Source: an uncultured virus (IMG/VR IMGVR_UViG_2687453592_000007) (lineage: Duplodnaviria; Heunggongvirae; Uroviricota; Caudoviricetes). From it: a DNA stretch of 64,000 nt. The DNA is taken from IMG/VR virus record IMGVR_UViG_2687453592_000007. One strand, 5' to 3'. Positions 36,384 to 45,627 of the stretch are shown here, in pieces (positions within the stretch are counted from its first letter, which is position 1; each line of letters starts with the position of its first letter). Both the position numbers and the translations under genes were made by a program. The notes beneath the pieces were generated by a model. It saw only the letters and a program-made list of their open reading frames with translations. It made no database searches and was not told the DNA's origin.

Positions 36384-36769
36384 CCGCCACCCCTCGCGCA
36401 CATTCGGCGCACCGCATGCTGAGCGCGTCCGACCCCTCGTTTTCTTCCCCGAGTCATTTTGCACGAAGCCACCATAGGGATGTCGCCATGCAAAAGTCCT
36501 TCCAGAAGTTCCGCGACCCGCAGGAGCGGGAGCGGAAATGGTTCGCCTCGCTGCTTTGGCGGTCATTCCCCGAGGCGACGAGCGAGGCCCAGCTGGCCGA
36601 CCTTGTGGCCGAGGCGCTGAACACGGCGCAGCGGCCTGTGAACCCGCGCACGGTGCGGAACTGGCTGCGTTCCGAGAACGCGCCGGGGCTGCATTACGTC
36701 GTGGCGGTGCTGGCGCTTGCGGGCGCCGAGACAGTCTTCGAACTCTTCGACCCGGAGCAAACGGCATGA
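36377..36769 (+). CDS. CII-position HTH protein (E2)
   Basis: C-terminal ~93 aa near-identical to 5676-6029. Confidence 0.65.
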   Translation: MLTATPRAHSAHRMLSASDPSFSSPSHFARSHHRDVAMQKSFQKFRDPQERERKWFASLLWRSFPEATSEAQLADLVAEALNTAQRPVNPRTVRNWLRSENAPGLHYVVAVLALAGAETVFELFDPEQTA

Positions 36770-36906
36770 CACTGGCAATTCGGATCTACTGGCGTATCGC
36801 CGGACGCTTCAACCAGGTGCGCGCGGGCAGAGCCCGCGCCGCCGCCCGCGTCTTCGAGGCGCGGGCCGAAAAGTTTTTGGCACGTTTCAAGGGGGGCCGG
36901 ACATGA
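36766..36906 (+). CDS. Small basic hypothetical protein
   Basis: Homolog of 6026-6166. Confidence 0.55.
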   Translation: MTLAIRIYWRIAGRFNQVRAGRARAAARVFEARAEKFLARFKGGRT

Positions 36907-36954
36907 CCGGCCCGACCGACGTCGCGGCCGTCCCCCAGGCATCAGGAGCAGAAC

Positions 36955-37140
36955 ATGGGAATTATGGAGATGCTGGCCCTCATCCTCGGCATTCAGGTCT
37001 CGGGCGGCGTGATCTTCTTGGGCGTTCTCATCTGGGGCATGCGCCACATGGCCGAGACCAGACGCCGCCTGGATGCAAAGGCCGCGGATTTCGACAAGGA
37101 ACATGCCCGCTTTCTACGGACGATGCACCGGCTTCGGTAG
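36955..37140 (+). CDS. Small single-TM protein, E2-specific
   Basis: AGGAG RBS; hydrophobic N-terminal helix. Confidence 0.55.
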   Translation: MGIMEMLALILGIQVSGGVIFLGVLIWGMRHMAETRRRLDAKAADFDKEHARFLRTMHRLR

Positions 37141-37291
37141 CGAGCGGCCGCCACGGCATCGCCCATATCGCCATTCGGGGCCTTCGCCCCGTCTCCGCAG
37201 CCCGGCCGGACGCCGGGCCCCTCCCTGACGACTGGCTGGGCAGCACGTCCTTTCCCCTCGGGCTGCCCTGCCCCTTTGGGGAGGATGCGGC

Positions 37292-37918
37292 ATGAGCGTC
37301 GGGGCGGAAATGTTGAAAGTTCCGGGCGCGGCAGAGCTGGCGGTCGACCCGCTGACGGTTCGGGCGGCGCAGCACATCGTCGAGTCGCGCAAGGCGTCGG
37401 TGTCGAACCTGCAAGCCGTGTTGCGCATCGGGTTCAGCCGGGCGGCGGGGTTGATGGAGGCGCTGGAGGCCGAGGGCATCGTCACGGCTGCCGATCATGT
37501 CGGTCGCCGCGAAGTGGCCGCCGATGTCCTGCCGCCCTCCCTGGCAGTGCTGGCAGACGGCCCGACCGTTTCGCTCACCGGCCCGAACGGGGCGACGACC
37601 GGCCCGATCCCGCTCGATACCTTCACCGCCCCGCCGCGGCCGCCGATGAAGGAAACCGCCGAGGACGAGGCGGTGCGCGAGAAGACCTACCGGGTCGCGG
37701 CCGATGAGCTGCGCGGCTTCATCGAGCGCTTCGAGGCCCTGGCCGAGGAGAAGGCCCAGATCGGCGATCAGCAGAAGGCCGTCATGGCCGAGGCCAAGGG
37801 CCGCGGCTACGACATCAAGGCGCTGCGCCGGATCATCGCGCTGCGCAAGCGGCATGCCGAGGACATCGCCGAGGAAGAGGCGGTGCTGCAGCTCTATCGC
37901 GAGGCCCTGGGGATGTGA
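37292..37918 (+). CDS. FtsK-gamma winged-helix domain fused to GapR/DUF2312 domain
   Basis: DPL...KASVSNLQAVLRIGFSRAAGLMEALEAEGIV (FtsK gamma); AADELRGFIERFEALAEEKAQI..EAKGRGYD.K..R.IIALRK..EEEAVLQLYREALGM (GapR). Confidence 0.85.
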   Translation: MSVGAEMLKVPGAAELAVDPLTVRAAQHIVESRKASVSNLQAVLRIGFSRAAGLMEALEAEGIVTAADHVGRREVAADVLPPSLAVLADGPTVSLTGPNGATTGPIPLDTFTAPPRPPMKETAEDEAVREKTYRVAADELRGFIERFEALAEEKAQIGDQQKAVMAEAKGRGYDIKALRRIIALRKRHAEDIAEEEAVLQLYREALGM

Positions 37919-38460
37919 TGGCCGCGCGGGTTCACACCGATCTGACGATCCGCGGCACGACCTATCCGGATGCGGCCAGCGCCGCCCGCGCGCTGGGGGT
38001 GACGCCCGAGGCGATCCGCTCGGCCGCGCGCAAGGGGCGGCTCGACCGGGTGGGAACGGGCCGCAAGGGGCTCGCGCCGATGCCGGTGCGGATCCGGGGC
38101 GAGGTCTTCACTGACGCCCATGCCGCCGCCGCGCGCTTCGGGGTGACGCCGCAGGCGGTCTGGCGGGCGCTGGCCGATGGCGATCCCGACCGGATCGGCC
38201 GGCCGCAGCGCCGCCCCGGCCGAGACCCGAAACCCTTCGAGATCGGGGGCCTGCGCTTTGCCTCGCAGCGCAAGGCGAGCCGCGCGCTGGGGTTCTCGGA
38301 CGATTATCTCTCCCATGCCCTGACCCGGGGCGGCCGCGCCGCCCGGGAACGCATTCTGGCCGCCGCGATGGCGCTGAGCGCCCGGCAGGCCAGCCCCCGC
38401 AAATCGTTACCGAACGGGCCTGCGTGCCCGGAACCGATGGAGGAGCTTCATCATGGATAG
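37918..38460 (+). CDS. Tandem-HTH DNA-binding protein (E2)
   Basis: Near-identical to 6444-6986. Confidence 0.6.
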   Translation: MAARVHTDLTIRGTTYPDAASAARALGVTPEAIRSAARKGRLDRVGTGRKGLAPMPVRIRGEVFTDAHAAAARFGVTPQAVWRALADGDPDRIGRPQRRPGRDPKPFEIGGLRFASQRKASRALGFSDDYLSHALTRGGRAARERILAAAMALSARQASPRKSLPNGPACPEPMEELHHG

Positions 38461-38496
38461 CACGGACCTGACGCGCCCGGACCGGGTGCCCGCGTG

Positions 38497-39114
38497 ATGG
38501 CCGCGCGTCGCCACCTGGCCCCGGTCGAGACCGGCGGGCTGCCGGACTACCCGATCTCCAGCGAGGACCGGCTCGATTCCCATTTCTTCGTGCAGTGGAA
38601 CCTCAAGCGCTGGCGCAAGAGCGAGTTCCGCCAGCTCGCCGAGCCCGAGGTCGGCTGGTACGGCTTCCTGCTGATCTGCGAGGCCCATGACGAGACCCCG
38701 GTGGGCACGCTGCCGACCGACGAGCGGCTGCTGGCCAAGGCGCTGGGGATCACGGTCGACCGCTGGCACCAGCTTTGCGAGCGCGAGATGACGCCGCTGC
38801 ATGGCTGGTCGCGGGTACGCTGCGACAATGGCGAGATCCGGCTGGCGCATCCGGTCGTGACCGAGGTCGCGGTCGAGGCGCTGGCCAGCAGCCGCCGCAA
38901 CCGCGCCGAGGCCGAACAGCGCCGCCGCAACAAGCGGCTCAAGGATCTGCGCGAGATGATCGAAAAACGGATCGGGGCCGGGCAGCTTCTGCGCGCGCCG
39001 CAATTCCTCGACCGCTTCGATGACTGGCTGGCCGAGCGCTACCCCGAGACCCAGCGCCGCGAGGGCTTCATCCGCCGGGCGCTGGACGAGTTCAGCGCGG
39101 AGATGGCCCGATGA
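38497..39114 (+). CDS. Putative replication initiator (E2)
   Basis: One residue different from the E1 protein in the ORF track. Confidence 0.65.
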   Translation: MAARRHLAPVETGGLPDYPISSEDRLDSHFFVQWNLKRWRKSEFRQLAEPEVGWYGFLLICEAHDETPVGTLPTDERLLAKALGITVDRWHQLCEREMTPLHGWSRVRCDNGEIRLAHPVVTEVAVEALASSRRNRAEAEQRRRNKRLKDLREMIEKRIGAGQLLRAPQFLDRFDDWLAERYPETQRREGFIRRALDEFSAEMAR

Positions 39115-39131
39115 GCCGGTCAGGGTCGATC

Positions 39132-39264
39132 CGTGACATTCCGTTACCGTCACAGAATATTCCGGAACAATCACGGAAAATCACGGAACCGACCGGGAAA
39201 GTCACGGAACATTCCGTGTTTCCGCCGGGCCGTCCCCTTTTTTTGCGCCGTTTCCGTCACCGCT
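39132..39264. repeat. Iteron cluster, putative replication origin (E2)
   Basis: Essentially identical to 7658-7790. Confidence 0.65.
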
Positions 39265-39372
39265 GAAAGGAGAGGAAACGAGAAGAGACGAGAAGAGACA
39301 CCCCGGTCGCGCCGCCCCGGACGGGGGCGCGCGGCAGGCAGGCGGGGCAAGGCTGAGAAGAAGGGAGCCGAG

Positions 39373-39945
39373 ATGGATGCGAGGGAACAGGCCGAGGGCG
39401 AGAAGCGGGTGCGGGATCTGCTGGTCGAGCCCCTGCTGCGGCGGGGGCTGGTCAAGCCCGGGGCGATGACCAAGGCGCAGTTCGAGGAGATGCTGGCCGA
39501 TCTGGCCAAGCGGCTGGCCTATATGAGCGGGCCGAACCTGGCCGCGCTCGAGGAGATGGCGGCGGCCCAGCCCGGCGGCAAGGACCGCGACCGCTTCCCG
39601 ATCTCCAATGCGATCCTGAAGGCGGCGGCGCAGATCCAGCCGCCCGCCGACGACGCCTCGCCGCTGATCCGCGCGGTCTTTGCCCATGCGGTGGGGCGGC
39701 AGGCGCTGGCCGAAGGCTGGGCGCCGGAACTCCTGGACGATCTGCGCCACAACCGCCGCTGGCCGCGCAGCTATGCGCTGGGGCAGATCCGCCAGGCCGC
39801 GGGCGAGGCGCTGCGCCGCCACGCGCATCTGGCGGGCGCCGGTCCCGGGCAGCTCTCCCCGACCGAGGCCGCCTGGCTGCGGGACCGCGAGGCCCGCCTC
39901 GCCCACTGCCGCAGCATCGCCGATCTCGCGGGGGCCTCGGCATGA
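39373..39945 (+). CDS. Conserved replication-region protein (E2)
   Basis: Near-identical to 7899-8471. Confidence 0.7.
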   Translation: MDAREQAEGEKRVRDLLVEPLLRRGLVKPGAMTKAQFEEMLADLAKRLAYMSGPNLAALEEMAAAQPGGKDRDRFPISNAILKAAAQIQPPADDASPLIRAVFAHAVGRQALAEGWAPELLDDLRHNRRWPRSYALGQIRQAAGEALRRHAHLAGAGPGQLSPTEAAWLRDREARLAHCRSIADLAGASA

Positions 39946-40616
39946 CGGCCGCGCTCCGCTCCCCGCTGCGGCCTGCACCGCGCAGCCGCCGGGCGATGCC
40001 GGTTCGGGAGGCTTTGGAATGGGCCTTCGGCACCGAATGCGCGCGGCTCGACCATGACGAGATCGAGGCGGTCGGCGGCACCGGCTGGCGCCCCTTCGGC
40101 ATGGAATATGTGGCCCTCGAACGCGCCCAGCTCGGCACGCGCGTCGACACCAGCCGCGGCCGGTCCCGCCCGCATGACGATGCCGAGCTGATCGCGACCG
40201 TGGTCCGGAACGTCCTGCCCTGGTATGCCGCCACGCTGGTCGCCGATCTTGCCCGTGCGGGCCGCACCCCCGACTGGATGCCCGACGCCCGCCCGCGGCT
40301 CCGCCCGGCCGAGTGGCAGCACAATCGCCCGAACCGTTGGGGCAAAGCCGCGGATGCGGCGGCGCTCGGCGCCGAGGGCTGGCAACCGATCCCGCGCAGG
40401 AACCGCAAGGGCGTGATCGTCCAGGACGCGGTGCGCTTCACGCCCTGCGTCTGGACCCCGACCCAGAGCCAGATCGCGGCGGCGCGGCGGGCTTACCTCG
40501 ACTGGTGGGGCTATCTGCTGGAGGTGCAGGCGGCTTTGACGGCAGCCGACCTGGCGCGGATCGTGGTCACCAAGGACATGCCGCCGATGCGGCCATGGGT
40601 AAGGTCGAAGGAATAG
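39942..40616 (+). CDS. Late-regulator-position protein (E2)
   Basis: N-terminal half near-identical to 9112-9771, middle diverged, C-terminal motifs retained. Confidence 0.55.
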   Translation: MTAALRSPLRPAPRSRRAMPVREALEWAFGTECARLDHDEIEAVGGTGWRPFGMEYVALERAQLGTRVDTSRGRSRPHDDAELIATVVRNVLPWYAATLVADLARAGRTPDWMPDARPRLRPAEWQHNRPNRWGKAADAAALGAEGWQPIPRRNRKGVIVQDAVRFTPCVWTPTQSQIAAARRAYLDWWGYLLEVQAALTAADLARIVVTKDMPPMRPWVRSKE

Positions 40617-40721
40617 CGTTAGCAAGTCACTCCTTAGGAGACCTACCCATGTGCAAAACAAATTGACGAATCCTTATGAAAAAATCCAAATTAAACCCGA
40701 TATTTGAAATGAAGGTAATTT

Positions 40722-41237
40722 ATGATGTATGAATACGAAAGAAGCTATAAAACTGGCAGAGGGGTATGCGTAGTAATGGAGCTTCTAGGATGGCTCCTTG
40801 TTTTTGTCGGTTTCATAGCCGTCATTGTTGGCTATTCTTCAGGAGGACTGGTCGGGTTTGCTTCCCGTAGCTTCATGGAGGAAGGCCCTCCAGTCGTTTT
40901 CAGGCTGATTGCCACGATCCCCGGGCTGCTCACGATGGCTGCAGGAGTGTATTCTGTGATGGAAACTCAGAAAGTGAAGGCAACTCTAGACTCAGCAGAA
41001 ATGACGCGTGAGATGCTGTCTATTTCGAGGCGGAACGACGGCGCTCTCTCATCCAACAGAGTCGAACCAAGCATTAGCCGTGGTCTCGCTCCAGCATCAT
41101 CGACTTTGGTAAAATACTATCGAACCAAGCAGATAATGAGGCGTCCAACTGGTGGAGTGACTGTTGACGGTGAAGTCTTCAACGATGTGCAGGAAGCCGA
41201 GAAGCACATCGACATGATGCTCAAGAACGGGGCGTGA
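40722..41237 (+). CDS. AT-rich moron encoding a 2-TM membrane protein
   Basis: Low GC, AT-rich upstream region with TTGACG, two hydrophobic segments; absent in E1. Confidence 0.75.
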   Translation: MMYEYERSYKTGRGVCVVMELLGWLLVFVGFIAVIVGYSSGGLVGFASRSFMEEGPPVVFRLIATIPGLLTMAAGVYSVMETQKVKATLDSAEMTREMLSISRRNDGALSSNRVEPSISRGLAPASSTLVKYYRTKQIMRRPTGGVTVDGEVFNDVQEAEKHIDMMLKNGA

Positions 41238-41259
41238 TCTTGGCTCCGGAAACTTTTTT

Positions 41260-41350
41260 CTTGACTGTAATCTGATCCCGTTGACATAGTGCCGTCACCC
41301 AATTTGCGCCCGGAGCGGAGACCCCGCCCCGGGCGCTTTGCGTTCCGGGA
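41260..41350 (+). promoter_or_regulatory. Putative late promoter plus hairpin leader (E2)
   Basis: Same architecture as 9767-9860. Confidence 0.6.
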
Positions 41351-41385
41351 CGGGCTATTGCAGCCCGCAGACAGGGAGGGACGGC

Positions 41386-42105
41386 ATGAAGCTGACGGCA
41401 GGTGTCTCGCCCTCGGATCTGCGCAAGCTGGTGTCCCGGCTTCGGGAGGTGGAGCGCAAGCAGATGCCCTACGCGACGATGCTGGCGCTGAACGCCACCG
41501 GCGAGGCGGTTCTGGAAGAGAACAGGACGCTGATGCGCAAGGTGTTCGACCGGCCGACGCGCTGGACGCTGAATGCGTTCTTCCTGCGGCGGGCGACCAA
41601 GCGGAAGCCGGAGGCGACGGTCGAGCGCAAGGATGCCCCGCGCGGACGGCATTACCTCGAAGTCGAGGAGCGCGGCGGCGCCCGCCCGAAGACCGGGATC
41701 GAGCGGCTGATCATCGGCAATGTCGCCTATGAAGACCATATCGAGGCGGTGGTTCCGGCGCGGGGCGCCAGGCTCAACGCCCATGGCAACCTGCCCGCCG
41801 GTCAGATCCAGCGGGCGCTTTCCAATATCGGGGCGCAGCAGGACCGCGCCCAGAACAGCACCGACGGCTCGCGCAAGCGCAGCGCGCGGGCGGCGCGGTA
41901 TTTCGTGCCGAAGCCCGGGCAGCTGTCGCCCGGGGTCTGGAAGCGGCAGGGCAAGCGGCTGACCAAGTTCCTGTCCTTCACCGACCGGCTGCCCCGCTAC
42001 GGCGCGCGGTTCGACATGGAAGGCCATGGCCGGATCGTCGCCGCGCGCGAGATGCCGGGCCGGATGCGGGCGGCGATCAGGAAGGCCTTTTCCACCGCCA
42101 GATGA
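41386..42105 (+). CDS. Basic phage protein preceding lambda-type cos/terS (gpZ-like family)
   Basis: KQMPYAT.LALN.T..FDRPT.WTLNAF motif; GGAGG RBS. Confidence 0.65.
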   Translation: MKLTAGVSPSDLRKLVSRLREVERKQMPYATMLALNATGEAVLEENRTLMRKVFDRPTRWTLNAFFLRRATKRKPEATVERKDAPRGRHYLEVEERGGARPKTGIERLIIGNVAYEDHIEAVVPARGARLNAHGNLPAGQIQRALSNIGAQQDRAQNSTDGSRKRSARAARYFVPKPGQLSPGVWKRQGKRLTKFLSFTDRLPRYGARFDMEGHGRIVAAREMPGRMRAAIRKAFSTAR

Positions 42106-42208
42106 GCGCGGGTCCTTCCCGGAGGGGGATCGCACGGGGGTAATTCGCACCCCGGTGCCTGCATGTGTGTCTGAATTTTCGAAGCTGCGAGTGAGGGTTG
42201 TTGTTGTC
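42106..42208 (+). other. Probable lambda-type cos region of E2
   Basis: GGGTCCTTCC...GGGTAATTCGCACCCC in the gap immediately upstream of a Nu1-like gene. Confidence 0.5.
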
Positions 42209-42853
42209 ATGACCGATCTGGCCGATCTCCGCCGCCTCTATCCGCTGCCCGAGGGGGTGGAGGACACCGCAATGAACCGCGCCCAGATCGCCCGCGCCCT
42301 CGATGTCAGCGACAACACGATCAGCAAATGGATCGCGCAGGGCATGCCGGTGCTGGAGGAAGGCGGGAACGGCCGGGAATATGCCTTTTCGCCGGCCGAT
42401 TGCTACGCCTGGCGGAGGCATCGCGATGCCGGGGCGCGGGCGGCGAAGGCGGCGGCCGACCGCTCGGCCTCGCAGCTGGCAATGGCGTTCCGCAATCTCG
42501 ACGAGGAGGATGCCAATGCCTCGGCCGGGCTGACCGCCAAGCAGATCGCCGAGGAGGCCGATGCCGATTACCGCTACCAGCGCGCGGCCGAGCAGCGCGG
42601 CGAGCTGACCCGGACGGCGCGGGTGCGCGATCTCTTCGAGGACATGCTGGTCGAGTTCCGCCGCACCATCACCACGCTGGTCGATTATTGCGAGATGGAG
42701 TTCTCGCTCGATCCCGAGGAGACCGCCAAGCTCGAGGCCCGCTGCGACGGGGCGCTGGTGCGGGCGCGCGGCAACCTGGAACAGGCCATCGGCCGGGGTG
42801 CGGCCGAACCGGTCGCGCTGCGGCGGGGCGACCAGGGCGAGATGGGGCTCTGA
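42209..42853 (+). CDS. Terminase small subunit, lambda Nu1/DUF1441-like
   Basis: MNRAQIARALDVSDNTISKWIAQGMPV..GGNGREY.F winged-HTH; coiled C-terminus. Confidence 0.82.
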   Translation: MTDLADLRRLYPLPEGVEDTAMNRAQIARALDVSDNTISKWIAQGMPVLEEGGNGREYAFSPADCYAWRRHRDAGARAAKAAADRSASQLAMAFRNLDEEDANASAGLTAKQIAEEADADYRYQRAAEQRGELTRTARVRDLFEDMLVEFRRTITTLVDYCEMEFSLDPEETAKLEARCDGALVRARGNLEQAIGRGAAEPVALRRGDQGEMGL

Positions 42854-42854
42854 G

Positions 42855-42926
42855 ATGGTGGTGATCCGCGATGCCCGGATCGGCGCGCTGCGCAGCTTCG
42901 CGCCGCTGCCGGGAGTGCGGCGATGA
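42855..42926 (+). pseudogene. 23-codon remnant, probably N-terminus of gpA-type terminase large subunit, fused to sequence upstream of tape measure gene
   Basis: Starts 1 bp after terS stop (MVVIRDARIGALRSFAPLP...); stop overlaps TMP start (ATGA). Confidence 0.55.
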
Positions 42927-45037
42927 TCGACGTTGGACGGCTGCGCGTGCGGCTGGGGCTCGACAATCGCGAGTTTCAGACCGGACTGGCAAAGGCCCGG
43001 GGCGCGTTCGGCAAGTTCGCGGGCCGCATCGCGGCGGCGGCGGCCCCGGTGGCCATCGGGGCGGCCGTCGCAGCCGCGGCCAGGTCGAGCTTCGAGATGG
43101 TCGATGCGCAGGCCAAGCTGGCGCAGTCCCTCGAGACCTCGACCAGATCGGTGCAGCTGCTGGGCCGCGCCGCCGATCTGTCCGGCGTGCCGATGTCGCA
43201 GCTGCAGCAGGCCGCGCTGGCGCTGAACAAGCGCCTCTCGGAGGCCTCGTCCGGCGCGGGCCCGGCGGTGAAGGCGCTGCGGGCCCTGGGCCTGGAGGCC
43301 CGGGATCTGCTCGGCCTCGATCTCGATCAGCGCTTCGACAGGATCAACGGCGCCATTGCCGGGCTGGAGGATCCGGCGAAGAAGGCCGCGGTTGCGGCGG
43401 CGCTCTATGGCGACCGGGCCTATGCCGCCATCACCCGGCTGGACAGCGCGACGCTCAGCCAGGCGGCCCGCGATGTCGATCAGTTCGGGGTCGCGCTGTC
43501 GGAGCTGCAGGCCGACAATATCGAGGCCGCCAACGATGCCATGTCGACGCTGGGCGTGGTCATGCGCGGGGTCGGCAACCAGGTCGCGGCCAGCATGGCC
43601 CCGGCGATCACCGCGCTGGCCACCGGCTTCACCGACCTGTTGCGCGAGGGCACGCCGCTGCGCGCGATGCTGGACGGGCTGGGCGCCAGCGTGAGCGGCA
43701 CGTTCCAGGTCATGTCCGGGACCATCGGCCGGCTCATGTCCTATGCCGGCACATTCGCGTCCTTCCTGGCGGGGCGGTTCGTCACCAGCATGTCGCTGGC
43801 CGCGGCCTCGGTGGTGACGCTGAACGCAAAGCTGCTGCTGACCCGGGCGGCCCTGATGCGCACCGGGTTCGGCGCGCTGGTCATCGGTGTCGGCGAGCTG
43901 ATCTATCGCTTCACCGGCCTGGTCGAGGCCACCGGCGGCGTCGGTCAGGCCTTCGATGCGCTGAAGACGGTGGCGATCGAGGTCTGGGAGCGGATCGGCG
44001 CGGGCACCCGGATCGTCGTGCTGGCGGTGAAACGGATGGGCTGGGCGATCCGCGCGGATTTCTACGGCACGCTCGAGGCGATCCAGTCCAAATGGGGCGG
44101 CGTCATCACCAACATGGCGGCCATCGGCGCGATCATTCCGGGCTTCGGCTCGCAGTTCCGGGCGGTGGCGGCCGAGATCCGGAAGAGCAGCGCCGCCGCG
44201 AAGGATCTGAAGACCGCCACCAGCGAGGCGACCGGAAAGGTGGCCGAAAACGCCAGGGCCATCGAGGCGGCCCTGACCGGCTTCACCGCCCCCCTTGCCT
44301 CGGTCGAGGCGCTGCGGGCGAAGCTCAGGGACGCCCGCGCCGAAATGGACAATACCGGCACCAGCTCGCAGGGCCTCAAGGCGGCGCTCAAGGATCTGAA
44401 CGATGCCCTCTCCGGTGACGGCAAGGGCGGCAAGGGCTCTGGCGTCGACGAGGTCGAGAGCGGGCTCACCCGGCTGGGCACCAGCGTCAACGCCACAAGC
44501 AGCAGCTTCCAGAGCTTCTTCAAGGATATCGTGAAGGGCTCGGGCGATGCGGGCGACGCGGTCTCGGCGCTGGCCGACCGGATGCTGGACGACCTGCTCG
44601 ACCGCGCGATGAGCCCGCTCTCGGACGCCCTGGGCTCCATGTTCGACGGGCTGTTCTCGGGGCTCTTCGGTGGCCGCGCAAGCGGCGGCGGCGGGACGGT
44701 CAAGCCCATCGGGGATCTGATCGGCAAGGTGATGGAGGGCGGGTCGTTTGACGGCGGCGGGCGCACGCCCCTCGGGCCGCGCGCGGGCGGGCTCGACGGC
44801 AAGGGCGGGTTCCTGGCCATGCTGCACCCCAATGAAAGCGTGATCGACCATACCCGCGACAGCGGCGGCTTCGGCGGCTTCGGCGCGGTCCGGGGCGGCG
44901 ACGTCTATGTCAGCGTGCAGGGCTCGAATGCCAGCCCCGAGCAGATCGCGGCCGCCGTGCGGGCGGAAAGCCGACGCCAGGCCTCGGAGATCTACGACCG
45001 CCGCAAGCGGATGGCCCGGGCGGGAGGGGCGAGCTGA
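42923..45037 (+). CDS. Tail tape measure protein (704 aa)
   Basis: VGRLRVRLGLD..F N-terminus, Ala/Gly helical body, C-terminal FDGGG.T..GG.DGKGGFLAMLHPNE.V. Confidence 0.93.
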   Translation: MIDVGRLRVRLGLDNREFQTGLAKARGAFGKFAGRIAAAAAPVAIGAAVAAAARSSFEMVDAQAKLAQSLETSTRSVQLLGRAADLSGVPMSQLQQAALALNKRLSEASSGAGPAVKALRALGLEARDLLGLDLDQRFDRINGAIAGLEDPAKKAAVAAALYGDRAYAAITRLDSATLSQAARDVDQFGVALSELQADNIEAANDAMSTLGVVMRGVGNQVAASMAPAITALATGFTDLLREGTPLRAMLDGLGASVSGTFQVMSGTIGRLMSYAGTFASFLAGRFVTSMSLAAASVVTLNAKLLLTRAALMRTGFGALVIGVGELIYRFTGLVEATGGVGQAFDALKTVAIEVWERIGAGTRIVVLAVKRMGWAIRADFYGTLEAIQSKWGGVITNMAAIGAIIPGFGSQFRAVAAEIRKSSAAAKDLKTATSEATGKVAENARAIEAALTGFTAPLASVEALRAKLRDARAEMDNTGTSSQGLKAALKDLNDALSGDGKGGKGSGVDEVESGLTRLGTSVNATSSSFQSFFKDIVKGSGDAGDAVSALADRMLDDLLDRAMSPLSDALGSMFDGLFSGLFGGRASGGGGTVKPIGDLIGKVMEGGSFDGGGRTPLGPRAGGLDGKGGFLAMLHPNESVIDHTRDSGGFGGFGAVRGGDVYVSVQGSNASPEQIAAAVRAESRRQASEIYDRRKRMARAGGAS

Positions 45038-45627
45038 TGGCCTTTCCACCGCCGAGCGTTCGGGTCGCCGCCTTCACCCTGACCCGGATCACCAGCAGCC
45101 TGCGGGTGCAGAGCCCCTACAGCTTTGCCCAGACCGCCTATGACTTCATGGGCGGGATGTGGGCGGCCGAACTGACCCTGACCCATGTCTCGGCGGCCGA
45201 GAATGCCGCGACCGAAGCCTGGCTGGCGGGCCTGAACGGGATGGCCGGGACCTTCGAGATGGGGCCAGTCGACTACGAAGGCCCCTATGGCAAGATCTCG
45301 GCCGATCCTGTCGTCGCGGTCGCGGCCAATGCCCGGGCGCAGGCGCTGGTGCTACAGCTCGCCAGGGCGGGCGACCGGGCGCTGCCGGGCGATTACCTGA
45401 CCCTCGGCCGCCATCTGCATATCGTGACCGCGGCCGAGGCCCCCACACCGGCCTTCCGGCAGAGCGTCACGCTCTGGCCGCGGCTGCGCCGCCCCGTCGC
45501 CCCGGGCGATCCGGTAACGATGCGCGCGCCCTTCGGCACCTGGGCGCTGGCCGGGCCCGAGACCAGCTACAGCGGCAGCCAGTCCCGGATCCGGACACGC
45601 ATATTGCAAGTCAGAGAGGCGCTGTGA
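45037..45627 (+). CDS. Putative distal tail protein
   Basis: Directly after TMP; SPYSF.Q..GGMWAAEL.L, WPRLR motifs. Confidence 0.7.
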   Translation: MAFPPPSVRVAAFTLTRITSSLRVQSPYSFAQTAYDFMGGMWAAELTLTHVSAAENAATEAWLAGLNGMAGTFEMGPVDYEGPYGKISADPVVAVAANARAQALVLQLARAGDRALPGDYLTLGRHLHIVTAAEAPTPAFRQSVTLWPRLRRPVAPGDPVTMRAPFGTWALAGPETSYSGSQSRIRTRILQVREAL

